From NCBI GenBank assembly GCA_013265495.1, contig MU058478.1, positions 523,349-587,348 of the forward strand: DNA of 64,000 nucleotides, given 5' to 3'. The notes beneath the pieces were generated by a model. It saw nothing but the letters and a program-made list of their open reading frames with translations, was not told the origin of the DNA and ran no database searches. The DNA comes from Vicugna vicugna (taxonomy: Eukaryota). Below are positions 39,670-53,793 of the stretch, in pieces. The number at the start of each line of letters is the position of its first letter. Position 1 is the first letter of the stretch. The translations under genes and the position numbers were made by a program.

Positions 39670-40025
39670 AAGATCACCTCACACGGGATCTACCCTTTAC
39701 CAAATGTTTAGGTGTGCAACATGGTATTGTTAACTATGGGCACCACGTTGTGTGGTAGACCCTGAATCTCTTGCCTGACTGAGTTTTGTAACCATCAAAG
39801 AACAAATGTCCACCTCCCCATTCCCCTGACAACCACCATTCTGCTCCCTCCCTCAGTGTTGTTGACCATTACAGGTCCTTCACAGAAGGTGAACCATTCA
39901 GTCTTCATTGTTCTGTGACTGGCTTATTTCACCATGTTATTGGCATCATGTCTTCAAAGTCCATCCATCGTATTGCATATGGCGGGACTGTCTTGGCTTT
40001 CAAGTCTTGGATCATATCCCGTTGC
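39670..40025 (-). mobile_element. Old L1M 3' end
   Basis: ggtattgttaactatgggcacc...acaaccaccattctgct...ttctgtgactggcttatttcac. Confidence 0.8.
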
Positions 40026-42524
40026 ATCAGCCCAGTTAAGGCAGGCTAAGCAGATTGGCGTGGAGCAATTGTAAATTTTGTCCCTGAGGCCCCAGAGCCA
40101 TCACACCTGAGCCCAACCCTTTGTCTTGGAGACACATTAAGTGACCTCTGTTGCTCTATGCCACCTCATCCTATCTCATCTTCAGGGTGACCGGGAGCCC
40201 TTGCAGCTCCAAGAGATGGTTCTTCTGCTTTGATCACAGCACTCAAGCTCTTGATCCATTCAAGCCAGGACTGACCCCAAGACAGGAACTTTTGTGACCA
40301 ATGAGGTCTGAGCTCTTCATCGCTGCCCAGGGTCCACCTCAAGCCTGGCTAGTGTGTATTTTAATTCCAAATGTGTCCCTCTTGCTTCTTCACACCACCA
40401 GCTCCCCCAGTTCTCCTCCATCCACATTGTTGTCTGGCCTGTCTAGTTTTTCCCAGCACGGGGTCCCCACCGACCACAGCGTGACCTCAGTGCTGCATGT
40501 CAGCCTCCCCAGGCTTTTTTCTTGGTTGCTTCTCCGCCTGCATCCGGAGAAGGACCCTCCTGCCCTCCCCATGTGTCTCATCTTTCCAGCGGCCCCTGGG
40601 GTGGACAGGGCTCACCTCCCATGCAGTGCCCAGGTGGGCTTCCTTGGACCCACACGGCTGGACCTGAATACGTCGGTGCAGTGACAAATGTCCCATCCCA
40701 GAAATCCCCTGGGCACACACGTGTCGGGCACACGGGTCCCCCTCTCCTGTTCTCACTCAGTCTTTGTCTCTTTCCATCTCTTTTGCTGTTGTTAACAACA
40801 GCACATCACATTTAAGGCCATAAGGGGACCATTTTTGCATTCATCCCATTGTGTGTGTGCCGACAGAGCATTTGGTTTTCTAAAACACACACGTTGCAAT
40901 TTTAACCTCTCGATTTCAGCTTAAATCAGGCATCTTCCCTTCCAATCATGTGGCATGTCAGTGGTCTAAAGATCTTTTTTAATTTTTGTGTTTCCTTTCT
41001 TTCCCTTCTCGGATTGTTCTTCTTTTGAAAGCAGGCACTCAGCTTCGGAGTTCCCAAGACAGCTGGATGTGTTGGTATTATGACAAAAAAAAAAAAAACT
41101 GGATCTGTATCGTTTCAGGAACACAGATTCCCCAGCCCCCAGAGCAGAGCTTACGCGTGGTCCACGTGCTAAAACAGATCCGTCTGAAGGGCAGCGTGAT
41201 GGTGTCTGGACAGCCAGACGCACTGGGCCCATTCAGGCCAATTAACACCCCCTGACGTGCCAAAGTCCTTTGAATTGTTAGAAAAGCAAGGGCCATGTTT
41301 CTCGTGGCTGTTGATGAGCTGAATTAATCTCTCAATTATTCCTAGGCTCTTGGGGCTTGTCTGAGTTGCTTTTCAAACACAGAGAAGTAGCTGACTCGCC
41401 CACTTGGACGTGTATTTTAATATCTGCTCTTTGACACTCAGTCTAGTTAATAATCAGAATTAGAAGCTGTTGACCAGCCCAAAGCCAGATCATAACTGGT
41501 ACGTAGGTCCATTTTGTTTCCGTTTTGTTTGGAAGATGGGTTATTTTTAAAAGAGATTTCTCTTGCCCCACATTTGCTCACTGACGATCAGTTTCTGTAG
41601 GATTTCACTCCACTGGTAACTTACAAGCCAACAGGAACTCAAAAAAGGCAGTCGTAACCATGAGGAGTTAACCCCCCAAGCCAACATGAGCCCAGATGGT
41701 ACGTTTCCCCCTGGACAGAATGGTGTCCATTGATGTCTCCTGGGTGCAAGGTTCTGTTTCCTTAAGACAGGGAACTTGCTAAGTGGGGAGGGGTGACTTG
41801 ATGCAGGTCCCACATTCCTCCTGGACTCTCCTCCCCCTCCGACATGAATTAGTAAAAAAAAAATAGGGGGAAATACAAGAGATGGATTTGTCTCTATTTT
41901 GCTTTCCTATAACCATAACTAGCTACTTTTTCTAAGGCTCCCTCAACATTCTGATCAGTTGCATCCTTAACCATGTCCCCATTCCCCCTGCCCTCCTACA
42001 GTCCCCAGTTAAGGGTTGGCTGACATCAACTCATAGGCAGCTTCCACTCTGCTTTGTCCTGTTCTTTCAACTTCCTGTACTTTTTTTTTTTTAATCTCCA
42101 TAAGAATGGGGAAAATATCATAACATTGTGGGATTAAATATTTAAACGGAATTTCAAAGAAGTGAACAAATATGATGGTAATTCACTATTTCCCTGTTTG
42201 CTAAGGATGTTTATAGGTATGTGTATGGAATATAGGTATGGGAATGGCTTCTTTTTTATTTTTTCCCCTGGTTTTTCACCTGCCAGAGAGCTGGGTTAGG
42301 TAACACGGAAATGTGCACATGACTATCCTAATTTTAGAGAGACTCTGAAAATAAATGTACAGCACTATGCCCATTTCATAGTTACGCTAAGGTTTAGTTT
42401 AGCCTTTGAATGACCCGATTTTCCCCCCAGGCAGTGCTATGGCTATCAGGCTTATGGCCACATCAATAAAACTACACAAGGCATACAGGCAGCTAAAGGA
42501 GTCCAAGTTTTAGGTGACAGTTTT

Positions 42525-43175
42525 TAAAAATAGACTTACCCTATGATCCAGCAATCCCACTCCTGGGCATATATCCTGAGGAAACTTTAATTTGAAAAGA
42601 CACCTGCACCCCAATGTTCACAGCAGCACTGTTTACAATAGCCAAGACATGGAAACAACCTAAATGTCCATCAATAGTTGACTGGATAAAGAAGATGTGG
42701 TATATTTACACAATGGAATACTACTCAGTCATAAAAAATAATAAAGTAACGCCATTTGCAGCAACATGGATGGACCTGGAGAATGTCATTCCAAGAAAGA
42801 GAAAGAAAAATACCATCACTCATATGTGGAATTAAAAAAAAAAGACAGATGAGCTTATTTACAAAAGAAAAACAGACTCACAGACATAGACAAGAAACTC
42901 ATGGTTATGGGAGGGGTAGGAGGTGATAAATTGGGAAGCTTTGCAAATACTACTATATATAAAATAAATAAACAAGTTTATACTGTGTAGCACAGGGAAC
43001 TAGAGTCAATATCTTGTAATAATCTACAATGAAAAAGACTATGAAAAGAAATATATGTATGTACACGTGTGACTGAGTCATGACGCTGTGCACCAGAAAT
43101 TGACACATTGTAAACTGACTGTGCTTCAATTTAAAAAAAATAATAAATTGATTAAAAAAAGAAAGAAAAAAAAAC
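42525..43175 (+). mobile_element. Young 5'-truncated L1
   Basis: [20 protein letters not shown]...; 3' UTR and polyA. Confidence 0.95.
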
Positions 43176-44205
43176 TCAGATAGTGTAGAGAACTGTTCCA
43201 GTTGGGGATCTGTGCTAGACCCAAGCCAGCTTCTTATAGGACCTGCTTGACAATTTGACCTTCTACGATGTTAAAGACCTTCATTGTCCAGGAAGTAACT
43301 ACAAGTGTGATCATCAGCTAATGACCAATTACCTGTTTCAAAGAACAGCATATGGCTCGGTTGTGAAAATCTCTTAAGAGGTACAAATGCCTTTCGGAGA
43401 AATCAATCCCAAACGTGCGCTCCATCAATGCATCTTTTTCCTGCTGGGGCATTTATGCAGACTAGTAAGTTCTGAAGCATCAAATTATTATTTTTTTTTT
43501 GTCAAATGAAGTGTACCCTTAGATTTTTTTTTCCAGTAAATTGATTGTAATCAACTTTACATTGAACTTCAAGTATCTCATTTGGACGTAAGTCTTTTCC
43601 TCTGAAGTCTGGCATTTTTAGGTTGTACAAATTCACAAATTTCTGAGTCCCCAAGTACAAGAGATGCCAGGGTTCCAGACTCTGAGGATGTAAACCAAAG
43701 TCCATCCACGGATGGGACGAGTAAAAAGATGTACAGTGGACCACTTCCAGAGCCCTTCTTTGGGTGTGGGAGGAAGGGGAGTCAGAGAGAAATATAAAAA
43801 TATGAATTATCTGATGAATAAAAAGAATCTTAGATTCATACAATTTGAGAAATGGGAGAAATCATAGAGACCTTCAAGTGATTCATTCTCAGACTCATTC
43901 CGATGAGGGACCTGTTTTGCTTTCTATTTTTATTTATTTGTTTATGTTTCTTTTTCAACCTCAGTTGTTCACCTGTAAGGAAATAAATTCTCCCAACCAC
44001 CTGAATGTCCTTGGAAGGGTACCTGGTGCCACGGGTGAGAACCCAGCTCGGCTGACATCTCCGTCTCCGCCCAGTGAGACCCTGAGCAAAGAACGCAGCT
44101 AACCCTCACCAGGGCTCCGAGTAAACTGTGGTAACAAAATGTGAGGCCATCCTTCTGTGATTTGAATAACCATGCACTTGGATGTTAGATACTGAAATGT
44201 TTTTC

Positions 44206-44910
44206 TGTAATAGAGAAGAACAAATTTGACTCCATGTTGGATCGGTTCCTTTGGCTCTGACCCTGGGCTCTGTTTCCTGTGCTGAGTCATGCTGGCTCTG
44301 CACCTTTTGTAACAGAATGCTGCCTCGAGCCTGAAACAGACTGGAGAGCCCATCCTCAAGGCTCTGGCCTTTAAGGATAGAACACTTTCCCAGTGTTAAG
44401 AGGGATAAAAAGTTGCAGAACAGAAAATAACATTTGTTTTGCTGGAGGTTTGCAGGGGCACCAGCTCTGTTTCCTGTGCTGACTCATGCTGCTTCTGCAC
44501 CTTTTGTAACAGAATGCTGCCTCGAGCCTGAAACAGACTGGAGAGCCCATCCTCAAGGCTCTGGCCTTTAAGGATAGAACACTTTCCCAGTGTTAAGAGG
44601 GATAAAAAGTTGCAGAATAGAAAATAACATTTGTTTTGCTGGAGGTTTGCAGGGGCACCATGACCTGACCCACGTGCACAGCTGCAAGAACAAAGGATTC
44701 CTGCACCGAGAAGTTGGCAACAACCAACCACATCTCCTCCCCTTTTTAGTATAAAAGGAGCCTGAATTCTGACTTGGGGAAGATGGTTCTCCAGGACATT
44801 AGTCCCCTATCTTCTTGATCTGCTGGTTTTCTGAATAAAGTCGTCATCCCTTGACCCAGCAGCTTGTCTCCTGATTTGTTGGGCGAGCAGAATGAGTTGA
44901 CTCAGTAACA
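44206..44910 (+). mobile_element. Solo ERV1-type LTR with a 197-bp internal tandem duplication
   Basis: TGTAATAG...AGTAACA ends; TATAAAA near 44750; AATAAA near 44834; duplicated 44267-44463/44464-44660. Confidence 0.88.
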
Positions 44911-45059
44911 TTCTTGGAAAGTGAGTCACTAAAGCCAGCCTTGCAGAGGTTTCTTTTCCATTATCTTTGGAATTTCTTTTGGAAGGAGGATGCACCGTGT
45001 TGTGTGAGATGCGGTGATGCCCAGGGCTGCCCATGTTGCCATCACAAGCGGACAAATAT

Positions 45060-45240
45060 GAAAACGAAGGCCAAAAGACTAAACATTCAGAGCCACCGGG
45101 AAAGTCATTGTTCCCTGTGAGGTCATCTAGCCACTGACTTCGTCAACCACCTCCTGCTTGCTGTGAGCTATTAAATTAAATGTCTTTAATGTCTTAAGCC
45201 ATGTGAACTGGCTTCCTATGCAACTGAAAATAAACTGGTG
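45060..45240 (+). mobile_element. Degenerate MLT (MaLR/ERVL) LTR tail
   Basis: ctgtgagctattaaattaaatgtctttaatgtcttaagcca...tgcaactgaaaa. Confidence 0.45.
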
Positions 45241-45734
45241 CCAAAGATTGTGGGGTTTGTGTTTCCCTCTGTGGATCGTCCTGGAGGGGAGCCCCAGGCA
45301 GTGAAGGGCACAGGACATGTTGAAGGAGGAGTCACAGGAAGGAGAAAGCAAGAGGAGGAAGAAGGTTCTAGAGGGGTAAAAATGCAATGTCTGTGGACTT
45401 CTGTACTTGGGTGCCAGGGCCAGCTCCATCTTCAAAGGAAAGCACATCGAGGGGCCTGGGTGCTGCTGAGTGGGGGTCACATGAGCGGGACCCCTGCTCC
45501 ATCCAGAGCCACCACGGGGAGTGTGTGGAGGATGAGGAGTGAGAAGTGGCCCTGGGAAGATGTGGAGGAAGGAGTGATTTCCAGGATCAGGGCAGACTGA
45601 GCAGACCAAGCCTGAGAAATAGCCAGGCGTTCTCCCGGAAAGTCAAAGAACCATCTTCCAGCTACCACCCAACCTGACAAAAGGACTGCTTCCAGTGCAA
45701 AACAGGGCACCTTCTCAGTGAGCGGTGGTCAGAA

Positions 45735-45864
45735 GATGCTGTCTGCACTCTGACAGCCTCGGGACCCCAGAGGATGCTCTCTGCATCCTGACAACCTCGG
45801 GACCCCAGAGGATGCTCTCTGCATCCCAGCAGCCTCGGGACCCCAGAGGATGCTCTCTGCATCT
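45735..45864. repeat. Minisatellite, 38-bp unit x3.4
   Basis: GATGCTCTCTGCATCCTGACAACCTCGGGACCCCAGAG starting at 45735, 45773, 45811, 45849. Confidence 0.95.
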
Positions 45865-46043
45865 CAACAGCATCAGGACAAACAGCAGAGCATGGGGAGT
45901 AGAATTGTCCATGACAATCCCACTTGGAGGGAGGTGTGTAGGGGAGAGGCTGGAACTTTTTCTAAAGGTTTTTAATCTTATCAAGTTTCTTTTTACTCTA
46001 TAAGAATCGTACAGCATGTGTTTTTTATATCAACTTTTTCCCA

Positions 46044-46172
46044 TTTATTTTTGGGGGGAGGGGAGGTAATTGGGTTTATTTTCTCATTTATTTTAGTGGA
46101 GATGCTGGGGATTGAACCCAGGACCTCATGCATGCCAAGCATCGGCCCTACAACTGAGCTATACCCTCACCC
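46044..46172 (-). mobile_element. Vic-1-like tRNA-derived SINE
   Basis: ctggggattgaacccaggacctcatgcatgc...actgagctataccctc. Confidence 0.9.
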
Positions 46173-48034
46173 TAAGCCTGTCTCTTAAGAGAAACCCTCA
46201 ACCTGAGTTGTTTCTAATCCTTCAGTAAATATTCCAACGTCTCCAAGAACTGAAAGGGGACTGAGAAAGATAAAAGAATTCTTAGCCTAGAAACCCCTAA
46301 GAAAAGATGGGAGAACGTCTCCAGAAGGCAAGACTTCATTGGAGGAAGAAAAGTTAAAAAGAAGAACTCAAGACACCGAGAGAGGCGACAAAGTAATTCT
46401 TGGTGGCGAGAAAATAAAAAGAAAGAAAGAAAGAAGAAAAGCGCAGAGGAGGTGCCTGGAGAACAGAGTTTTCTCCGAGATGAAAAGCCTTTCTCTTTCT
46501 CTTTATCCTTCCACAAATCCTTAAAATAAGAACACAACACAATGAGAAAAGTTGACAGGCGTTTTAATTATTTAATTAGAAATATTTAGATACCTTAATT
46601 TTCAATTTTCCCAAATGGCATTCTTTGGCGAAATACAAAATATATATATAAATTATGTAAGAATTATGGTCTTTCTTGCAAAGCCTTTGTTCTCTCCTGA
46701 CACTCTATTAGTAATTTTCGAGAGTGAACCATTTTGTTCTTTAGAAATATCATTCTACAGGTTAGACATGATTTGTCGTTCTTTGAGCTTTAAAACCCTT
46801 TTTTTTTCTTATATAATGCTTGTTTTTCCTTTTACGCCAGCCACCCTAAGCTGAATTCTAAACAGCCGAAACATAATTTAATTATGTTCATTGAATTCCG
46901 GTAAGTAGGTTTTCACTGATTTTTTTCCTCCCATTTTTCAAAGGTTCATTGTACAAGATAGAGGGAGCCCCTTGAAGGCTGGCTCACCCGAGAAACAATT
47001 AGGACCGTCTCTGGAATCTGCACTTTTGAGACTGCAACACAGATCTGGATTTTCCCACGAAAGCTTTGCTAAACTTCCTCTTGCTCAAAACGGTGATAAT
47101 CCCCTGGCGATACTCCGGCTTCTGCTTGGAAATTCCAGAAAAAGGTTTCAGCTCGGATCCCGTGACACACTCCGAGGCAGCACCAGAGGCCCCGTGGTGA
47201 CTTCCTGACTCACAAGACCTTGCCCATCCTGAGTCTGTAAGCCTCAGGGCTCAAAATACCCAACGTGCTTTCTGCTAAAGCAGGAACTGAAACGAACAAA
47301 TAGGGTCTGTTTCCGGGGGTTCCAGAGTATGAAAAAGACGTTTCCAGGACCTCCCCAGAAAGATCTAGGGGGAACTCACCATCATTTTGTCCGACATGAA
47401 TACAGATTGTCACACATCTCTCCTTTAATGAGCATCTCTTGAAGACCCTCCATATGTACACCTGGGCATTACAAGAAACAATCCCAAAACCCTTACTAAA
47501 CCCACCCAGGTTCCCGGCCTCATTTAATACTGTCTTTCTTCCTCCTTCCCTTACAGTTTATAGTCCGGAACCATCCGAATACTGAGAGTCTGGGAGGGTA
47601 CTTGACTTTGATCCGTATTGTTGGCAGCCATGTTCACTGCCTGGAATTCCTTATTTGCACCTTCCTCTGTATCCCCCATCAGTGTTTCCTCCTCCACCAA
47701 CCCAGCGCTCACACATCTCTTCTTCAAACTTTTTCCCATTGCATCGTGCCTCCAGGGAGTCACTCACACCCCTCTGGGTCCTAACATAGTGCTTCCCTGG
47801 CATAAATGATCATAATTTACTCATGGCGGTGATTGCTTCCTTCTGGGAAGGGTTGGATGTTATGTCGCATCCCTTGAGCTTCAACCGGGAAACAGCGCAG
47901 ACAAGTCAGATGGGATTTGAATTAAACTTTGAAATACTAGCTGGCCACCCCATCCCCTCCTGCAGGGAGAAATGGTCCTGCCTTTTATAAATTTGTTCTG
48001 GCCACACTGGGATCCATGAATCACATTTCCCTCT

Positions 48035-48225
48035 GCACTAACAGACAGAGACATTGCTCCAAGTTGAGTTACTTGGATTCCTTGTGCTTCTATCTTCTTG
48101 CCAATAAAATGGGAATAAAATGGAAGTGTCCGTCCCATAGGGTTGAGGTTAAGCTTAAAGGAGATAATACATTTAAAGTATTTAGAGAGCTGCTGGTTAA
48201 GGTAGATCTCATCTCTCAATAAAAG
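48035..48225 (+). mobile_element. MIR SINE
   Basis: ttacttggattccttgtgcttc...aataaaatgggaataa..catagggttgaggttaag. Confidence 0.65.
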
Positions 48226-48351
48226 CTCATACGTGGAACATTTGTTACTGTCATTAGAGATTTGAAGTGATAAACACAGCTTCTCATCAGTACCATGAAT
48301 TGCACTAATTCCAGAAGAGTAATTTGGTTAGGAAAAAATCTATGTTATCTT

Positions 48352-48946
48352 CTTTTTTAATTTTATTTTATTGAGTTATAGTCAGTTTACAATGTTGTGG
48401 CAATTTCCAGTGTAGAGCACAATTTTTCAGTTATACACGAACATACATATATTCATTGTCACCGTGAGCTACCACAAGATAAGATNNNNNNNNNNNNNNN
48501 NNNNNNNNNNNNNNNNNNNNNNNNNNNNNNNNNNNNNNNNNNNNNNNNNNNNNNNNNNNNNNNNNNNNNNNNNNNNNNNNNNNNNNNNNNNNNNNNNNNN
48601 NNNNNNNNNNNNNNNNNNNNNNNNNNNNNNNNNNNNNNNNNNNNNNNNNNNNNNNNNNNNNNNNNNNNNNNNNNNNNNNNNNNNNNNNNNNNAGTGATAT
48701 CATATTTTTCTTTCTCTTTTTTGCTTACTTCACTTAGAATGATGATCTCCAGGTCCATTCATGTTGCTGCAAATGGCATTATTTCATTCCTTTTTATGGC
48801 TGAGTAGTATTCCATTCCATAGGCATACCACAACTTCTTTATCCAGTCATCTGTAGATGGACATTTAGGTTGTTTCCATGTCTTGACTATTGTAAACAGT
48901 GCTGCTGTGAACACTGGGGTGCAGCTGTCTTCTCAAATTAGAGTTC
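48352..48946 (-). mobile_element. Young L1 3' portion spanning an assembly gap
   Basis: [19 protein letters not shown] on the minus strand; polyT end. Confidence 0.92.
48486..48692. other. Assembly gap (N run)
   Basis: N characters. Confidence 1.
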
Positions 48947-51787
48947 CTAATTGCATCCTGTGCTCAGCAGAGTTTGTGGCCCATGGTCTACAACGTTGCA
49001 TGCTCAGTACTGGTGATTGTGCAAAGGAAAGATGGGAATATCAGTAAGGGCTCAGCATGGCCCCAGGGTTTCCAACTGTGGATAAAGGCTCTGACGATGT
49101 GCACTTCCCTTGATTAGAGAGGAGGTTCTACAAATGTTGACTGGCGGCCATTGGGGGAGATTGAGAGGATGCGCACACAGAAGGGAGAAGGACCAAGAGA
49201 CAGAACGGATCCTCAGAAAACAGAGGAAGGAACAATGAGAAAAACAGGAAGGGCTAAGACACTTGGCAGGAGGAGAGCTGGCTGCAGAATAATGTGATGA
49301 CTGCACTGCAGAATCACTGGACACTTGCAGAAATGTTGAGCCCTGTGGGCCTGGAGGGAGATCTGTAGTTGAAGGTGTTAATGGTCCAGTTTTCCATCAT
49401 GGAAACAGGAAATGAGCAAAAGAAAAATATATGATAAAGATTAAGACCTGACATCATTCACTTGATACCAACTGAGTGAAACAGCCAATAAATATTTATG
49501 GCAAAGAGGAAGATGACTTAATAGCCTTTTATTTTCAGAGTTTTAAGGGGTCTGATTGCATATTTTTAATTGGACTTTCAGCCAACAGATGATGTATTGA
49601 AGGATCCTGGTTGGTTAAAGTCATTATTCACTGATAATTCTTCTCATTGGTGTTAACGCAGTATTTCTCTCAGTTACATGAAATTTTTAAAAATAAGGTC
49701 ACGATGCTTCCACAATATTGTAACGTTTCTTATAGAACACAATAATCACTATCACTCCTTGAAGGCTTTTGCATCAAAATGTTATGACTTAAATTACACA
49801 GGAAGAAAATTCTCTTATCTGCCTACTGTGCCTGGATGGCAATTTTGGATGAAAAAAAGTGAAATGTGAACAAATAATGAGCTGAATGCCGTAAGCCCCA
49901 GTGGACAATTAAGGCCAAAAACCAACCACACGTTTCCGAGAAGTCCAGGATGAAAAATGACCCTATTATTTTTACATCCAAGCTGTGCACCTGATGAACA
50001 AATTTTAATTAAAAACAGACACAATAATATTTTTCAAAGAATGAAGTGAATTCTCAGCAACTACAAAGTTTACGAAGAGTTTGGAAATGGGTTTACAAAG
50101 AGGGCGACCTGTGGTTGAATAAATCGACGTTGCCTCACAAGGAGGGAAATTCTCGTTGGCTCTCGCCTTCTCCCTCCTTCTCTGAATGCAGTTGGGATGG
50201 CTGGATTGCAGCAGCCGAAAAGGGAAAGCCAAATATTAATATTAATAATAATAATAATAGCCAATGCACCAGCTCCAGGATCAGGGGTTCCCCCATCCAT
50301 CGCTCAGAACCTGCCTGCTATGAACTTACATTACAGAAAACTGGCTCTCCCTCAAGACACTCTTCACCAAGGGGACGTGCCCCACTCAGACCCCACGGGC
50401 ATCTTCTAGACCTCATGTGCCAGCTGGCAACCCCAGGATTCCTCGCCAGCAGTCGAGCGCTTCCACAGGCTTCTTGTCCAGGACCAGTGTCCTGACAGCT
50501 AAGAATGCAGGTGGCAACACGCTGAGCTGGGGAGGAGGACCCAGAGGGGGAGTGAGCCAGGCCAGGTCAGCACACAGCCTGGACCTGTTGGCCTCTCCAA
50601 ACAGACAGGTGTGAGGGGAGGCTCCCCTCAGGAAGAAACAGAGCCCACGACTGCATCCCTCTGTCGGACCTGCCTTCCAAGTCATCCCGGATTCCTAGTG
50701 TTCATAACGTATTTTATGCAACATTCAATACACTTCATTCTTGGTATCATGTGTGCACCTCCACGCACGCTCTCCTCACTGCCCATAAATAATAGGGAGG
50801 CATCACTGAAATTGCCAACCACTTAATGCATATAACTTGCGTATTAAATAAATGAATGAACGCATCGATTTAAAAAAAGAAACATCAGTTATATACATAC
50901 TAATTCACCAAGCACTTTTTTGAGGGCCTGAGCGTGTGTGTGCATGTGTGCACATTCCCTGAATGTGGAATCTCCCGAGTTCTTCCTAAAACTTCTCTGT
51001 ACACGTCAGGCTTGGAGTCCAAGCTTAATCTGTAACTCGCTTTGTCTGTGCACACCGAACGTCGTTAAAGAAAAAACCTGGATAATGCGATGGAGATGAT
51101 TAATTGTCCTGTGGTGATAAAGAAGTTCTCACAAACAGGAAACATGAACAGAGAAAAATCTTATCAGCAATGCTGGATCTTAAATAAAAAGGACAGTCTA
51201 CCTAGAGAACTTTCAAAGACCCCTTGAATCTTCATGTGCACACTGTCCTGATGTATATATTTAAATAAATTAGCATAAGCATGGGCCTAAAAAAGACTTC
51301 GACACAGTATGCTTTATTTATTCCCAACTTAGCGGTGAATACGTCTCCCTTGGAAGCCCGGGCACCGAGGAAAACGCAATACTGCTTATTCAAAAGCCAT
51401 TTGAATCACCTCCTGTAACAATGTTATTATGCAAGATAGATTGTTCCAGAAGCAGCCTTGCACCATAAAGGTAATCGGCGAAAGCAGTTTCTGAGAAAGA
51501 AGAAAGTGATTTGTAGTTCCTTGGAATGTGTGTTCCAGTCCTTTGAATCACCTTCCCTCTTCTGTTCGAAATGCAATCTTTGCAGGACCCGTGAAGACAC
51601 TGGGTTCGTATGAAGGATGTAAACACAACTTAGGTGAACCCTCAAACCCCCAAGCAAGCGTTCTTGTGGGTCAGGATGATTGGGTGTCCAGGATACATCG
51701 GCCTAAACTTCCAAATACGGGTGTATTTGTCTACCAAGTGAGACACTGGAAAAGAAAGTGGAAGGCAGGACATAAAAAAGAACAAAC

Positions 51788-51870
51788 TTTTTAACTGAGG
51801 GACCGGGGATTGAACCCAGGACCTCGTGCATGCTAAGCACGTGCTCTACCCTGAGCTCTACCCTCCTCCA
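51788..51870 (-). mobile_element. Vic-1-like SINE (short form)
   Basis: ggggattgaacccaggacctcgtgcatgctaagcacgtgctctacc. Confidence 0.88.
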
Positions 51871-53082
51871 CCCCTCGAGGCAGGCAGCCCAGCCTGGCTT
51901 TTGTTCTCTGCACCTGCTGCTGGACTGAGTCAAGGCTCCTGGCAGCCTCCGGGTAGCACTTTGCAGAGTTGTCTGCATTTGTTTACTATCTGTACCTTAC
52001 AGAGAACCGGGTGAGGCTCCACCCAGGATTCAATTATCTTGAGCAAGTATGTTTCCAGTTTTTCCCACCCCCCCACTCCCCTTTTCCTCCCCATACACCC
52101 AGTAAAGCAAAGAGCACCTCCCCTCCAGTGCTACAAGAGGCGAGTCATCCACGAGCCACTGCAGTCACTGACCAGCAGCGCATCCTGGGGAGGGATTCGG
52201 GGTGAAGTTCGGGAAGGAGGTACCCTGAGCTCTGGGAAAACTGGCAGAAGTGGCCCTCGGCTGCTTAGATATATTCAGGAGAAATGTTGATGAACCCAAA
52301 TCCTTGCACCTTCCCGTACTCAGAAAAGCACTAAAACCATTAACTGAGGGAGCTGACCTTCGGGAGCAGCAGTAACTTGTCATCATGATGCTGACCCACG
52401 TGTGTCCACAGCCTGGATTCTCCCCTCCCTCCTCACAGCGGGTCCTCAGACCTACCTGCAAGGCCTCTGCCAGGCAGTTCCATTCAGGGCATCCAACCCT
52501 GAGTAAACTCAGTCCATTGTGTGGCTTTTTGTTTCCAAGGTGACATAATCCCAATATATTTTTCAAAATGTGTTCTTTTAAATAATCAACCCAGTGGTCA
52601 ATATATATATAAGATACAGTCTAATTATATTCATCTTTCAATAGAATTCATCCCTCTCTAAAATAACAAGAAAAAAAAGTCAAAAAAGACAGTTTGGGGG
52701 TGAGGATAAGCTTGCTCTACAGCCTCTCCTGAAATTGGATTTTTTTTAGGGTTCTCCACCCTCACTGGTTATCTCTGGGTAAAAGAGCAGAATCAAGGAG
52801 GTCACTTGTCTTAATTCACCATTTAGATCATCTGCATTTTCAGAAGCGCAAAAATGCATCCAAGTTGGGTTTGGCTTCAGCTCTTTGATCTACAGCTGTC
52901 ATCAAGGAAGGGCCAGTCTGCGACTGCATTCCCGGACCCAGTCCCTTCTTGCTGTGATGAATTTGAACCATGTGTTTACCCGCAGAAAATGAGAGAGCAT
53001 TGCAGGAGGAAACCACTGGTAGTCTGGGCAAGAGGCATTGCTGGAAAAAATAATGAGGTAAAACAGGAAATATATGTTAAAA

Positions 53083-53793
53083 GTATGGAGATTCCTCAAA
53101 AGACTAAAAATAAGACTTACCCTATGTTCCAGCAATCCCACTGCTGGGCATATATCCAGAGGGAATCTTAATTCAAAAAGACACCTGCACCCCAATGTTG
53201 TCACAGCTGCACTATTTACAGTAGGCAAGACATGGACACAACCTAAATGTCCATCGACAGATGACTGGATAAAGAAGCTGTGGTCTATGTATACAATGGA
53301 ATACTACTCAGCCATGAAAAATAATAAAATAACGCCATTTGCAGCAACATAGGTGGACTTGGAGATCATTATTCTAAGTGAAGTCAGCCAGAAAGAGAAA
53401 GAAAAATACCATATTCACTTACATGCAGAATCTAAAAAAAGAAAAAAAAAGAGGACACTAATGAACTCATTTACAAAATAAAAACAAACTTGCAGACATA
53501 GTAAACAATCTTATGGTTGTCAAGGGAAGGGAGGTGGGACGGGATAACTTGGGAGTTGGAGATTTGCAAATCTCAACTACTATACATGAAAACAGATGAA
53601 AAACCACAAATGTCTTCTGTGCAGCACATGGAACTATATTCAATATCTTGTAGTAATCTATAATGAAAAAGAATATGAAAACGAATATATGTCTGTATCT
53701 GCATGGCTGGGACACTGTGCTGTGCACCAGGAACTGACACATTGTAACTGACTGCACTTCAATTAAAAGCAAGAGAAAAGAAAAAGAGAAAAA
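53083..53793 (+). mobile_element. Young 5'-truncated L1
   Basis: [10 protein letters not shown]...[27 protein letters not shown]; 3' UTR. Confidence 0.95.

Noticed and set aside
45735..45864. CRISPR-like palindromic 38-bp repeats (also 836-1025)
   Set aside because: Units are head-to-tail with no unique spacers, there are no cas genes, and the context is mammalian.
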